Assembly: GCA_008369845.1 (NCBI GenBank) | Contig: MRSU01006904.1 | Coordinates: forward strand, 1 to 59,575 | Length of the DNA stretch: 59,575 nucleotides | DNA from: Trichomonas gallinae | Taxonomy: Eukaryota | Direction: 5' to 3' | Part shown: positions 33,528-44,825 of the stretch, piece after piece | Position numbering within the stretch: the first letter of the stretch is position 1 | How the letters are laid out: the number at the start of each line of letters is the position of its first letter | Translations under genes and position numbers: made by a program | Notes under the pieces: model-generated | The model's input: only the letters and a program-made list of their open reading frames with translations | The model's database searches: none | What the model was told of the DNA's origin: nothing

Positions 33528-35033
33528 ATGAATGATGACTATAAAGATGGTAATGAAGATGAAAAGTTATCAATAGAAACCGAAAAAATAGAGCAAGCGG
33601 AACTTGAAAGAGCCTTTGAAGATATTAACTTTCGAGATTTAGAATCAAGAGATATTAACAAAAACATTGCAGTTCTTCAAGAAATAATCGCATGCGTAGA
33701 AGGTGGTGCTCATCCAACTGGAATATGCAAAAATGCAATGCTGGTTATTCTTAAATTTTGCGAATCAGATGATTCTATTCCTAGATCATTATTCGCTCTT
33801 GAAATTTTATTTAAATATATATCTAAAGACGATCAATCTGCGCAATTGATGTATTCAGAAGAATTAGTGATGATGCTCAAAAATATTTTATTTAATTTTC
33901 CGGATGTCGAAAAATTCATTCTTGCTTTTCAATGTTTAGAATCACTAATGCATAACAAGCCAAATATATCATCAAAAATTCCACCAGAAATAATTTTTGA
34001 AATAATTAATTACGGATTAAATCTTTGCAGCGATGAAAACTTCCATAAACAAAAAGAGACACTAGATTTATGCTTATCAATGCTATCATCTACTCTTTGT
34101 CTACAATTCCCTCAAGAATTTTTGTTGCAGCTTATTTCTAATGTTAATAATTATATTCCATTTTTAATGCAAGAGTTACCAGTGATTTTTTTGGATTTTG
34201 TTGGCAGTTTATATAAGTATAACGGTGATATGGCATTTGCAAACTATAGCAGCTCGGAGTTTCTCGATGAAGTTGCAGATAAAATTGATGAATCGGTTAA
34301 TCTTGATATTGCAATATTAAAGCTTATTAAAACGATTGCAGAGTCCTATAATAATGCTGCGCCTCTTCTTGTTGCATCATCTTTCTTTTCAAAATTTTCG
34401 TGTATTGATTGTTTATCAGAAGAAGAGTCAAATCCTGAAATTGACGAGTTCATTAAGCTCAACTACAAGACTCTTGCGTCTATTGTTTCAATTTTCAATC
34501 AGGTGAAAATTAATTTTGAAGATCAAAGTTTGGTTGAAGCAGCTGTAGAAAATATTGAAACATATTGGCCACAAATTGTTAGTGGAGCTATAAATGCTAT
34601 CAAGAAATCGCCGCTTTCAATCCACAAAGAAATAGTTTTTTATATTACAGAAATTCTTGAAGTTGGAGGTGCTGTTCGTCTTCACACTTTGTGTGGAAAT
34701 AATGAATTAGTTGCAACTCTCGCAGACACAACTGGTACTGATATAAAACTAGATAAAAAGATTATTAAAGCATTTGTTAATTTATCTGAGTATCATCCTG
34801 ATGAAATTGGTGCCTCATTGCAGCAGAAGAAATATTTCCTTGAAGTATTCAACAATGAAGAATTTAGAGATAAAATTGATGAATTAGAAGAAAATTACAT
34901 GGATGATGAAGAATTTTGTCATTATGTTGATATTCTAAAAGAAAATGTGGCAAAACTTAATGAAGAAGAATCAAATCCAGATTTTCCATTAAATTTTCCA
35001 TTTGAAAACGAAACCATAACTATAAATTTGTAG
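33528..35033 (+). CDS. Acidic alpha-helical (ARM/HEAT-like) repeat protein
   Basis: 501-aa ORF of Leu/Ile-rich amphipathic helices. Inr TCACTT at 33515-33520 overlaps a motif A copy. Confidence 0.75.
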   Translation: MNDDYKDGNEDEKLSIETEKIEQAELERAFEDINFRDLESRDINKNIAVLQEIIACVEGGAHPTGICKNAMLVILKFCESDDSIPRSLFALEILFKYISKDDQSAQLMYSEELVMMLKNILFNFPDVEKFILAFQCLESLMHNKPNISSKIPPEIIFEIINYGLNLCSDENFHKQKETLDLCLSMLSSTLCLQFPQEFLLQLISNVNNYIPFLMQELPVIFLDFVGSLYKYNGDMAFANYSSSEFLDEVADKIDESVNLDIAILKLIKTIAESYNNAAPLLVASSFFSKFSCIDCLSEEESNPEIDEFIKLNYKTLASIVSIFNQVKINFEDQSLVEAAVENIETYWPQIVSGAINAIKKSPLSIHKEIVFYITEILEVGGAVRLHTLCGNNELVATLADTTGTDIKLDKKIIKAFVNLSEYHPDEIGASLQQKKYFLEVFNNEEFRDKIDELEENYMDDEEFCHYVDILKENVAKLNEEESNPDFPLNFPFENETITINL

Positions 35034-36249
35034 CATGTTACTTATTACTAAAAATATATTGTTTTGTACTGATAAATAAGAAATAAATCTATGTTTTATT
35101 GATCAAAAACCGAGCTTACACATATTTGTTCGGTTTCGCACTTACAAGATGCTAAAACAGTATTTGCTAAATCTTAGAGAGATCTTTATCATCATCGAGG
35201 TATCTTGAATAATGATTTGAAGGCGTTCTAAATCTGTTTCTTTACAGTTTCAAGGGTTATTACATAGATAATGCCAAATCAGAGGAATTTACATATGTAA
35301 TGTGTAATTATTTTTCGATATCATCTGAACGGAGTCATTCTTGTAAAACTCTTGAGGATAAGCATCATTATTGCGTTGTCTGTATGTCTTTCATCGAAAA
35401 AATATCATGAAAAAGATGATTTGACAAAGTTTGCTGAAATTTCTCCAAAAATCCCAGATAGAACTTATTGGTTCGAATATAGGTTAAAATATTCTCTATG
35501 TAGATGCATTATTGCTAGACATGATTCAAAATGGACCATTCAATAAATTGTTGTTAATATTAAGTTTTTGGCTGATCATATCTTGGGGTCAAATCGACCA
35601 CTTATGGTATAAAACTGCATCAATTAGCTTGTAGAGATGAAATACGTGATGAAGTTTAAATGCAATAATTTTTGTTAATAACTTCGTAAACATGCGTTTG
35701 CATTTGGGCAAAATTATTCAGTATGTACTACTCCTTGACCACAAGAAGTATTGATGATGCCTAACCTTCCACATTGGAGATAAACGCCATACAATACCCC
35801 CTTGACAATTTTTAATCTAATTTTTTGTAGTTTCAAAGAAATTGATTATAAGATTTGTCTATTTTTTAATTGATTTTTTTACTATTTTTATAAAATTCGA
35901 TTATTAAAATATGTTTTTATGAGATTTTAAATAGTGTAACAGATTATAGAATACCAATGGTTTATATTTTTAATTATAAAATGCCATCTTTTCTATAAAT
36001 TCATAAAAATAGAAAATAAATCTAGATAATTTTAATAACCAACAAGCATTTTAGATTGATAATATTGCTTTACCAGATACATATAGTTATACATAGCTCA
36101 ATAAATCTTATAATATGCTATAGTTTCTTTTTTCTATTCAAATATTCTTGTTTTATCATAATATTTGTATAAAACATATATGAAATAAGGAAAGTAAAAA
36201 CATTAAATACATATAATTTGCAATATCAATAAAAAATAAAATATATAGT

Positions 36250-38091
36250 TTATTGAGTCATTGAAAACAGTCTTAATTTGTTCATGAAGAAGAGCATAGC
36301 GTTGTAGAGGAACGGCGGGGCTTCTTTGACAGTCTTCTGCACGTTTTCCGAGGCAGAATCGAAGAACATCGGCAAAAGAAGCTGGTGAATCTTTGCCTCT
36401 TTCACGGCCTTCTGAGAAACAGTGTCGCCCAGCTCCATGTTCTCTACTTCGGCAATGTGGTCAGCCTTCACAATAATCACGTGGCTCTCCTTGATGTTCT
36501 TTTCGTCATCGTCTTCATTCGGCTCTTCCTCGTAGTTCGCTTTTTCTCTGAACAAAAGCATGGCTCTATCGCTTTGAATTTCGCTGTTGAACTTAGAGCA
36601 TCTGATCGCGAATCCTACAGCGACATCAGCAATCCCAGTGTGAAGGACCTCTTCCACGTTGGCGTTCTTCGGTTCTATGCCTTCTATGGCTTCTGGGGCC
36701 TCGAGGTTTATGCCTCTTTCGAGCAAAAAGTTCATTGCAGCGACAGGTGTAATATTTTCGAACTTGAAAGGCGACTCCATGGATACCAAACCGTCACCAT
36801 TGATAACCAAGGCGAGCTGGAGAACAGGTGTCTGTATGTAGATCTCGACGCTGGTCGGGGATTGGCCGGAAATCTCCCAGAACTGGAATGGGAAGTGTCT
36901 GTATCTTGGAACAGCGAGGCCGAATGTTCCGACAAGGTTTGTGCTGAAAAGAACATCAGTGTCTTCTATTGAGCATTTTGTGATAGGAGATGGGTCTGGT
37001 TTTCCATCTTTAATCATGACAATTGTCGCATCTTGGCAATATTCACTGAGAGAGGCCTCATCAAGTGCCATGCGGAAGTTGAGTGGAGGCTGTGGAGCAT
37101 TGGCGTTCTTGAGTGGATAAGCAATCTTAACGAGAGAAGCATTATGCGGCGGTTGACGAATTGTAATCGTGCCAATGCGTTTTGGCGGCGCTGGAAGCTG
37201 TAGGAAGTCGCAGTGAAGTAATCTGTCGATGAATAAGTATTTCTCGTCGAAAGGTTTCTCTTTGTTTCTGATTCCGCGAATTGCAACGGAAGCCATAGCA
37301 ACTGGCTTCGGAATTTCAACAGTGACGCCCTGACAGACAGAGACATCCTTGATTCTTGGGTTCTTAGACAAGTTTACCCACATGCCGTATGTTATATCAT
37401 CAGCTCCACCGTTAATTTGCACATCACCCTTTGTTCCAGAGAATTTGTCGCTGAAAGCCAAGTGATGGACTGTAATATTTTCGATTTTCTGTTCGATTAA
37501 TTTTTGAAGTGTTTCTATTTGACGATTGCATCTTGTATATAGAGGAACTTTGTTAGCCAGCTGAGCACGTTCAGAGCGCTCGCGTAACTGGCCTTCAATA
37601 ACCTTTGCTAAGTGAATATGTTCGAAAAGTTGATTTAGGTCTGTCTCGTTAACTTCGGATAGTTGAGAAATGAACGTATTGACATCTGCTTCCGAGCGGA
37701 CGTCAATCGCGTGATTACATTGAGAAAACAATTCCCAATCTTCAGCCTTTTCGAGATTGGCGACAATTTTCTGTATTTTCTCTTCTTTCTGCAATCTGAA
37801 GTTTTTGATGTATTCCTTTTCCTCTTCAAGTCTTTGCTGTTGTTCAGCTCTCTTTCTCGATTCTTCTTCTTTTTCTTGCTGCGCTTTCTTGGCTGCTTCG
37901 AGCTTCTCTTGTTCGAGACGCTCTTGCTCTGCCTTTTCACGCTTCAATCTCGCGAGCTCCTTCTTTGATAATTTCTTTCTCCTTGGTTTGTCCTTGTTTT
38001 TGCTTGATTTGGATGTTTCTGGTGGTTCTGCTTCAGCTGGTGGCTGTGCTGCTGGTGCTTCAGCTTCCTCTGGCTGTTCTGGGGAACTCAT
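36250..38091 (-). CDS. DNAI7: DNAI7/CASC1/IC97-like axonemal inner-arm dynein-associated protein
   Basis: N-terminal LSKKE..charged coiled coil, W..F..C....D......VNTFI and MWVNLSKNPR motifs as recalled for the CASC1 family. Confidence 0.7.
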   Translation of the reverse strand: MSSPEQPEEAEAPAAQPPAEAEPPETSKSSKNKDKPRRKKLSKKELARLKREKAEQERLEQEKLEAAKKAQQEKEEESRKRAEQQQRLEEEKEYIKNFRLQKEEKIQKIVANLEKAEDWELFSQCNHAIDVRSEADVNTFISQLSEVNETDLNQLFEHIHLAKVIEGQLRERSERAQLANKVPLYTRCNRQIETLQKLIEQKIENITVHHLAFSDKFSGTKGDVQINGGADDITYGMWVNLSKNPRIKDVSVCQGVTVEIPKPVAMASVAIRGIRNKEKPFDEKYLFIDRLLHCDFLQLPAPPKRIGTITIRQPPHNASLVKIAYPLKNANAPQPPLNFRMALDEASLSEYCQDATIVMIKDGKPDPSPITKCSIEDTDVLFSTNLVGTFGLAVPRYRHFPFQFWEISGQSPTSVEIYIQTPVLQLALVINGDGLVSMESPFKFENITPVAAMNFLLERGINLEAPEAIEGIEPKNANVEEVLHTGIADVAVGFAIRCSKFNSEIQSDRAMLLFREKANYEEEPNEDDDEKNIKESHVIIVKADHIAEVENMELGDTVSQKAVKEAKIHQLLLPMFFDSASENVQKTVKEAPPFLYNAMLFFMNKLRLFSMTQ

Positions 38092-38358
38092 AATAAATTC
38101 TGATAAAAAAACGATTTTTTTCGATGTAAAGCGAAAAATGTCAAAAATATTTACAAACGTCAGTTGTAACTTAAAATTGTCAAATTATTATTTTCTCATT
38201 ATATATTAAAACTTCAGATATTTACAATAACAACTTTTTGCGCTTCGCACAAAATATAAGTATATTGCCATTTACATGAAAAGTGATCCATTTTAGTAAA
38301 AGTTTATTAAAGCCTAACAATGCTTTAGTTATATTTAGTGAGTTTTCATTTTCTCTTA

Positions 38359-38459
38359 TTACGTGTCAAAAAGATTCTTAGAATCAGCCACGTAAAGTAT
38401 AACATTTACAAATATCACTTTTCTGTTGTAAGCCTCTCTTTTTTTGAATTTACATGTCA
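38359..38459. promoter_or_regulatory. Cluster of three motif A copies in the divergent DNAI7-like/RABL6-like promoter
   Basis: TTACGTGTCA (38359-38368), GCCACGTAAA (38387-38396, reverse) and TTTACATGTCA (38449-38459). Confidence 0.55.
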
Positions 38460-38730
38460 GAATATACCGAAAATTTGCTGCGTAAAGCGTCATTTTTTTC
38501 CAATAGCTTTTTATGTGAAATATAGTAAGTATAATATATGTTTAATTTATTTTAATTCTAATTGTGTAACCTTAATTTGTAAAGTGTCAGATTTCTAAAT
38601 GTCGAAATCAGGTTTGCGATAGGGTAAATTTAATGGATCCGATTTTCCATTATATTCGTCTGACATTTTGCAACTGTATTTAAATGTCCAAAGCCATAAT
38701 AAAACTGTTTGATGCCATCGTTGAATTTTG

Positions 38731-38843
38731 AATACGATTATTTCTATTGAAAAATTAATCAATTTTAAACTATCATAAACAAATAACTAATATTAAATAC
38801 GATTATTTCCAATTGAAAATCTATCGAATTTAAACAATGATAT
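38731..38843 (+). repeat. Imperfect tandem duplication (~47-bp unit, 65-bp period)
   Basis: AATACGATTATTTC.ATTGAAAA...ATC.A.TTTAAAC.AT.ATA starts at both 38731 and 38796. Confidence 0.6.
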
Positions 38844-38942
38844 AGTTATAGTGTTTTAGTCCGATTTATTAATTGCTGTCACACCCGTAATTATTTGAAA
38901 AAATTGACAACCAAAAATTGACATAAATTTTATTTGCTAAAA

Positions 38943-39740
38943 ATGGGTGCGAATGGATCTTACGCTGCTGCGTCAAGTGTTCAAAACACAGGTGCTAAAA
39001 TCTCTGACCACCTCACGCTCGCCGTCCATGGAAGCAGAAAGACAGGAAAAACAGCTTTAATTACAAAAATGCAAGCGAAAAAGCTCTATCCTGACTATTC
39101 ACAGACACCCGTTATGACAGCCACAGATGTTATGTGGAGACCACTCACACGTGACGGCGACATGATTAAACTCACGATCTGGGACGTGGTTGATAAGGCT
39201 ATTCGCCATCTTGACGTTTCGCAAGAAAAGGAACTTCCAGATGCAACAACAGTTGATACATTTTCAAGAGCAGATGGAATTGTCATACTTTACAACCCGA
39301 AAGTTCTCCAATCAATTAAATACGCAATTAGCATCGTAAAAGAAGCACCACCGGAAATACCCATGATTATTTTATCCAATTTCGCTGACGAATATGTCAA
39401 ACCGACTGGTATAACAAAAGATCTTTGGGAACTTTCTTCAAGGTTCCAGCACGTTCACACAAGTATGACCACCAATCAGGGTCTTGGCACAGTTGCTAAA
39501 TGGCTTGACCTACCGCTCTTATATCACAGGAAAAAGACATACGAAGATATGCTCAAGCATATTATGACAGATTTCTCACAATTGGATTCGGATCTCAAGA
39601 ATACTCTCAAAGATGAGAATGAAATCCTCGTAGAGGAATCATCGCATAGAAAATATACTGTGCCTCAAGAATCAATTATTCCGCCTGAAGCTCAGAACGA
39701 TTCCAAGCATCCAAGTCGTCCTGTTCTATTCGGAAGCTGA
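38943..39740 (+). CDS. RABL6: Atypical small GTPase, RABL6/RBEL1-like, possibly N-myristoylated
   Basis: P-loop GSRKTGKT, IWDVVDKA in place of DTAGQ, a DATTVD motif and G4 NFAD. Start at ATG 38943 (MGANGS). Confidence 0.75.
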   Translation: MGANGSYAAASSVQNTGAKISDHLTLAVHGSRKTGKTALITKMQAKKLYPDYSQTPVMTATDVMWRPLTRDGDMIKLTIWDVVDKAIRHLDVSQEKELPDATTVDTFSRADGIVILYNPKVLQSIKYAISIVKEAPPEIPMIILSNFADEYVKPTGITKDLWELSSRFQHVHTSMTTNQGLGTVAKWLDLPLLYHRKKTYEDMLKHIMTDFSQLDSDLKNTLKDENEILVEESSHRKYTVPQESIIPPEAQNDSKHPSRPVLFGS

Positions 39741-40169
39741 GCTTTTGTTTGATATTTTTGATTTGATTCTTGTTTTGTATTTTTAAATTTAGTCTTGCTA
39801 TGTATTATATACTTCCAACAATTCATTTTCGATAACTATAGACTAAAAATTATTCTATTTTTGCTATAACCCCAATAATTTTGTTGTGAACGGAAAAGAG
39901 TAGTCAAAAAGTGAGATGTTTACATGACAGATTTCGCTTTTTTGACACGTAAAATTTTGATCATAAAAAAGGGGCTGCACCTCAATCGCTTTTGATTGCT
40001 TCCATATGGAACAAATTTTGATACATCATTCACTACAGTCAAACATTTTGATGCATAAGACATAGAATCAGAACACACACATTTCGCACTCCCTGGTACA
40101 GTTAATGCCCACAGAAACCCAAGATCAAACTTCGAATAAAAATATTGAAGATCTGAAAAAAATCCAGCA

Positions 40170-40367
40170 GTTCCTGGAATAGATGTCAACGCAAAAAACA
40201 ATAACAATGATACAGATTTGAGTTGGTCTTCAGCAAATGGTTTGCATGAAGATGTCAAACTCCTTCTCAAAGTTCCTGGAATAGATTTCCATTCGGTATT
40301 AGTAGTGTCTTCTGATACATATGAATCAGAAGAAGCAATAGATTCATACGAATCGGATGAATTGTGA
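40170..40367 (+). pseudogene. Ankyrin-repeat gene fragment
   Basis: The plus strand reads VPGIDVNAKNNNNDTDLSWSSANGLHEDVKLLLKVPGIDF. The upstream frame is blocked by TGA at 40146. Same family as 52968-53393. Confidence 0.75.
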
Positions 40368-41087
40368 ATTATTTTCATAACTGTCATAGTAGTCATTAGC
40401 AGATACATCTTGTGAGGTTTCACTTGGTGATTGTGCTAGTAAATGTTGCCAATAAGACCCGTCTGTAAATTCGAAATTGCATTCCAGTTCATATTGCCCC
40501 AGCTACTCGGGGACAGGGACATGGGGTAGAATTGGTACATCATCTTTCGAAGATACGGTACCTGGATACTTAATAGGAATGGAACAAATTTCTGTGAGCG
40601 GGAAATCGCAAAAAATCATCTTATCTAATTATATACTGTCTAGAAAGGATGATTTTGAATCTTCATAATCAAAAAAAAAACGCGTCCATCATCTTTAATG
40701 GGTATTATATTATAGATAAGTAATAAATATGAAATATTAAAGTTATATATAAGATATTTTAATCAAACAAATTCCGTAAACATAAAAGATATTTTGAGAA
40801 TATTTTCATCTTAAGTAATGTCAAACGTAAATAGGCATAATAGAATATATTGTCAATACTGAATAATATAATACCAAGCTGCTGTTTGTTGGACGAATTT
40901 TGTGGGAAACTATTCTTGGCGAATTCATGTAATTTGATGATATAATGAAACCACAATAATTATTAATCTAACAAAAATTCATACAAATCTATCGTGTAAC
41001 TATTTGAAAACGAAATTAAAATGGAAATCGCATTTTTTGAAAGATTTGATAAAAATTCTATGGTGAAATATTCTATTAAGGAGGAGC

Positions 41088-42077
41088 TTAGTTGAGTGCA
41101 AATGAGTTAGTGAACATTTCTGATGATCTACTCGTTGCTCTTGATGATGTAAGTCCAAGTTGGCTTGTATTTCGTGTAATGAGTTGTAACGAGTACATGT
41201 GCTTGCGTTGATCCATTTTCGTCTTAAACAAGCGTCCAGAAGATTTTAATAAAGGATCAGCTCTGTTTTCGAGTTTAATGTTTCCATCTTCTTCTCCAGG
41301 GTCATGGAAGTATGGGCTTTGCAAAAGTTCGTCAATTGTCGCTCTTTTTGCGATATCTTTTTGCAAACAGCGTGAAATCAAATCTTTAAGCTGTAGATCT
41401 GCTATCATGTCATCAATGTAGAGTCCTGCATCGATTTTTCGTAATAACTGATGAATATCTGTTGAAAAGAAAGGATACGTTTTTGTTGCCATGAAATATA
41501 TTGTAACTCCCAAAGCCCATATATCTGCAATGATAGGATTGTATTTCTTATGGTTGATGATCTCTGGGGCTTGATATAAGCGAGTTCCTTGCCAATTCAT
41601 GCTCGTTGGACGATTTTTGTTGATTGAGCTAAGCCCAAAGTCACAAATTTTTATACGGCCATGCTGATCAATCAAGAAATTGTTAGGTTTTACATCTGAA
41701 TGAGCGATATTTTGATTATGGCATGCTTTTATCGCTAAAAGTACGTCATAAATGTATTTTTTCAATTGAACTGGTGTTATGTCTTGTTTCTTATTGATTA
41801 ACCTGTTTAAATCTGAAGGGCAATATTCCATCAATAAATAAACGTGATGTTGGTATCTATAGATCTTATATAAGCTAACTATATGTGGATCATCAATACT
41901 TTTTAAGCATTCGACCTCCGCTTCATTAAACATATCAGCGGGAATTTTCTTCAACGCAAAATTCGACTTGTATTGCTGCGAATAGACGTAATACACAACA
42001 CCATACCCACCCTTCGCTATCGTGCTCAATAATGACATCTCATTCTTCTCTAAGAACTCAATGTCATCACACTGCAT
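41088..42077 (-). CDS. CAMK-group Ser/Thr protein kinase, non-RD (K7)
   Basis: Motifs AKGGYG, FALKK, HSDVKPNN, DFG, APE. Confidence 0.94.
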   Translation of the reverse strand: MQCDDIEFLEKNEMSLLSTIAKGGYGVVYYVYSQQYKSNFALKKIPADMFNEAEVECLKSIDDPHIVSLYKIYRYQHHVYLLMEYCPSDLNRLINKKQDITPVQLKKYIYDVLLAIKACHNQNIAHSDVKPNNFLIDQHGRIKICDFGLSSINKNRPTSMNWQGTRLYQAPEIINHKKYNPIIADIWALGVTIYFMATKTYPFFSTDIHQLLRKIDAGLYIDDMIADLQLKDLISRCLQKDIAKRATIDELLQSPYFHDPGEEDGNIKLENRADPLLKSSGRLFKTKMDQRKHMYSLQLITRNTSQLGLTSSRATSRSSEMFTNSFALN

Positions 42078-42952
42078 TTTTTTTTGAATTTTTTTGATTA
42101 TTTAACCGAATAATAAGTTTATAATGTTATTGCTTCGTTAATTAAAATCTTTCACAAAATTTTGATATGATTCAATTTTTCAATAGTTTATGCACGGTTT
42201 TCGCAGTCATTAGTTGTATCATTTTGATGTTAATAACGAAATGATGGAAAGTTTTCAAAAATTTAAAAAACATTTAATTCATTTTCATAAAAATATTGAT
42301 TAACATTTTGAGATAACTTGTATCTGAAAGATGTCAATTCTTTAGCCTATAATAACACTAGATATATCCTTATTTGCGATATTCTATTAATTTCTTTTGA
42401 TATTTATCACAATTTTTCTCGGAAAGTTTTTGCCAAAAAATCACAGTCTCCCTTGATAATAATACCTCATAGCTATAGCCATGAACTCAGTTTCATTATC
42501 ATCCCCGCTATATAATACCAAAATCCATGTATTTAACTTATAATCTTGATTACGAAGAGTTAGTCTTAAATATGAAAAAACTGAAAAACAATTGGGTCAA
42601 CATTCGTAATCTTTATATATTCTTGATATAATGATATTTAGTATGTATCATATACCAATATACAGTCATAAATCAAATGTATTATGAGATATTTTTAGAG
42701 ATTCGTGCTTCATTTTGTTCTCTATTGTATATTCTGTGATAATATAAAAATAAATAATATACATATCAGATATTGATGATTATGCATTAGCTATTACAAT
42801 GAATGAATCTATATTTCTTTCTTGAAAATGATTTTGCTATTGTGAATATGTAATAGTTATAACTCAATAGAATAGGATTCATATTACTAATATATACTAT
42901 TTTTACTCAATAATAACAAACATTTGAAAATTTTACAAATATCTTTGAAATA

Positions 42953-43882
42953 TCAAAAGATAGGAGCAGACCTATCCTGCAGAGGACGAGTTTGCATCTT
43001 TGCAAAGTTCAATTTATGAGTGTCGATAATCGGCTTGATAATTCCGTGTGTTTGGGAAATTCTTCTACAGCGGCCAAGTGTGTTGGATTTGTGGAGTCCA
43101 TCGGCTTTTCCATTTTTGAAATACGGAGCATTCAAAAGATTTTCAATATTTGGACGCTGCCTTGGATCTAATCTAAGACAGCTCGCAATCAAGCTTTTAA
43201 GATCCGGATTAATGATAATGTCATCAGCATAAACTCCTGATTTAATCCTTTCTATAAGATCATGTTCATTATCTGCTTCAAATGGGTGCTTTGATGTTGT
43301 TATAAAGTAAATAGTGACACCAAGAGCCCAGATATCCGATTCAATTGGATTATATTCCTTATCACCGAACATTTCAGGTGCCATGTAATACTTAGACCCT
43401 TTTTTATCAAGAGAAGAGGGATTATCGGTGTATATTTTCGATAATCCAAAGTCACAGATTTTGACATGACCATACTGATCGAGCAAGAAGTTCGAAGGCT
43501 TGATATCATTATGAGCAATGTTCATGCTATGGCAGACTTTTACAGCTTGAAAGATCTCATGTATGTAAACAAACAATTTGCTATTAATGATTTTGTGTTT
43601 TCCGAGTTTTAAGAAATCAGTCTTGCAAAATTCCATTAATAGGTAGATATTGTCATTGAATTTGAATACTTTATAGAGCCTTACCATCCTTGGACTATCA
43701 ACACGATTTAAACATTCAACTTCCGCTTCATTGAACGCGTTCATTGGAATTCTTTTTAAGGCGAAAGTTGTGTTATATTGAGATGAGTACACGTGGAAGA
43801 TTATACCGAAACATCCTCGCCCTATTGTCTCGATGTACTGGATCCCTTGCAGCTGGAAAAACTCAATTTCGCCCGAGTTCAT
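42953..43882 (-). CDS. CAMK-group Ser/Thr protein kinase, non-RD (K8)
   Basis: Motifs GRGCFG, FALKR, HNDIKPSN, DFG, APE. Confidence 0.94.
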   Translation of the reverse strand: MNSGEIEFFQLQGIQYIETIGRGCFGIIFHVYSSQYNTTFALKRIPMNAFNEAEVECLNRVDSPRMVRLYKVFKFNDNIYLLMEFCKTDFLKLGKHKIINSKLFVYIHEIFQAVKVCHSMNIAHNDIKPSNFLLDQYGHVKICDFGLSKIYTDNPSSLDKKGSKYYMAPEMFGDKEYNPIESDIWALGVTIYFITTSKHPFEADNEHDLIERIKSGVYADDIIINPDLKSLIASCLRLDPRQRPNIENLLNAPYFKNGKADGLHKSNTLGRCRRISQTHGIIKPIIDTHKLNFAKMQTRPLQDRSAPIF

Positions 43883-44825
43883 TTTTGAATTATTTGAAAT
43901 AATTACGTGTTTATTTTTCGAAATACTCCTTTAAGTGTATATATTAATATTTCGTGGTTATTATTTTTTTCCATGCAAATATTTGCTATTCAATTTTTAA
44001 AATTTGAATGAAATAGAATTATTCGCTATATTCGTTATCATTGGCATTATGGAGCTATGATGGTTAATAATTATTTACAGGTTTGAGCTTGTCATGCTAA
44101 TCTATATCGCAAGATGTAATTAATGCACAAGTTAAATTTGAGTTTGCGTTTTTCATTCGATCATTTTCAAATTCAAATTACTCCTCTTAAATTTCCTTTC
44201 CGCTGTAATATGACTCTTAACAGTGAATCTCGTGTTATTATCAAGATTTATGATTTTCATAGATTTGACAAAATCATTTCCGCAGTTGCGCACATGGCCT
44301 CGGTTCCTAATCTTATAGTGAATCAAACACACATGACTCGTATATGATATTTCTAATCCAATTCGGCCGAACAAAATTAAGAAAAAAAAATCGCTCAAAA
44401 TTAAAAATACAGAAATAATTTCAGATGATAATATTTATTATCACGAAATTTTGCTAAAATAAGCGAATTTTCTGATTCAAATAAAAAATCAATCTAAATG
44501 AAGATTTAGAACACACTAATAATGAGCATGCAGGACATTAAGAAATTTCCACTTTTAATCGACGTTTCATACAAGGAATTAAAAAATTTGATAAATACAG
44601 CCTTATATTTATTAGTAGATAAGAAAAATTGAAAAATTAATCGCTAAAATAACAATGAAAAAGAAAAATAATAATAAACAGACTTTTTGAAGCTTTTGAA
44701 AACTCACATTGAATATTTTCAATGAATAGCAGTAGCCTTTCATTATTTTGTATTATTTCAGATATGTATAGGAAATAGAGAATATTTACCAAGATTTTTT
44801 CAAAATCCAAAATAAGTTTGTTTAA

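Noticed and set aside
36385..38209. Multiple antisense or alternate-frame ORFs over the DNAI7-like gene (similar ones over BEACH, the kinases and the surface proteins)
   Set aside because: They are shadow ORFs caused by codon bias and low-complexity coding, with no recognisable domains.
39920..40423. 167-aa minus-strand ORF with SIPGT repeats
   Set aside because: It is the antisense shadow of the plus-strand ankyrin fragment (VPGID repeats).
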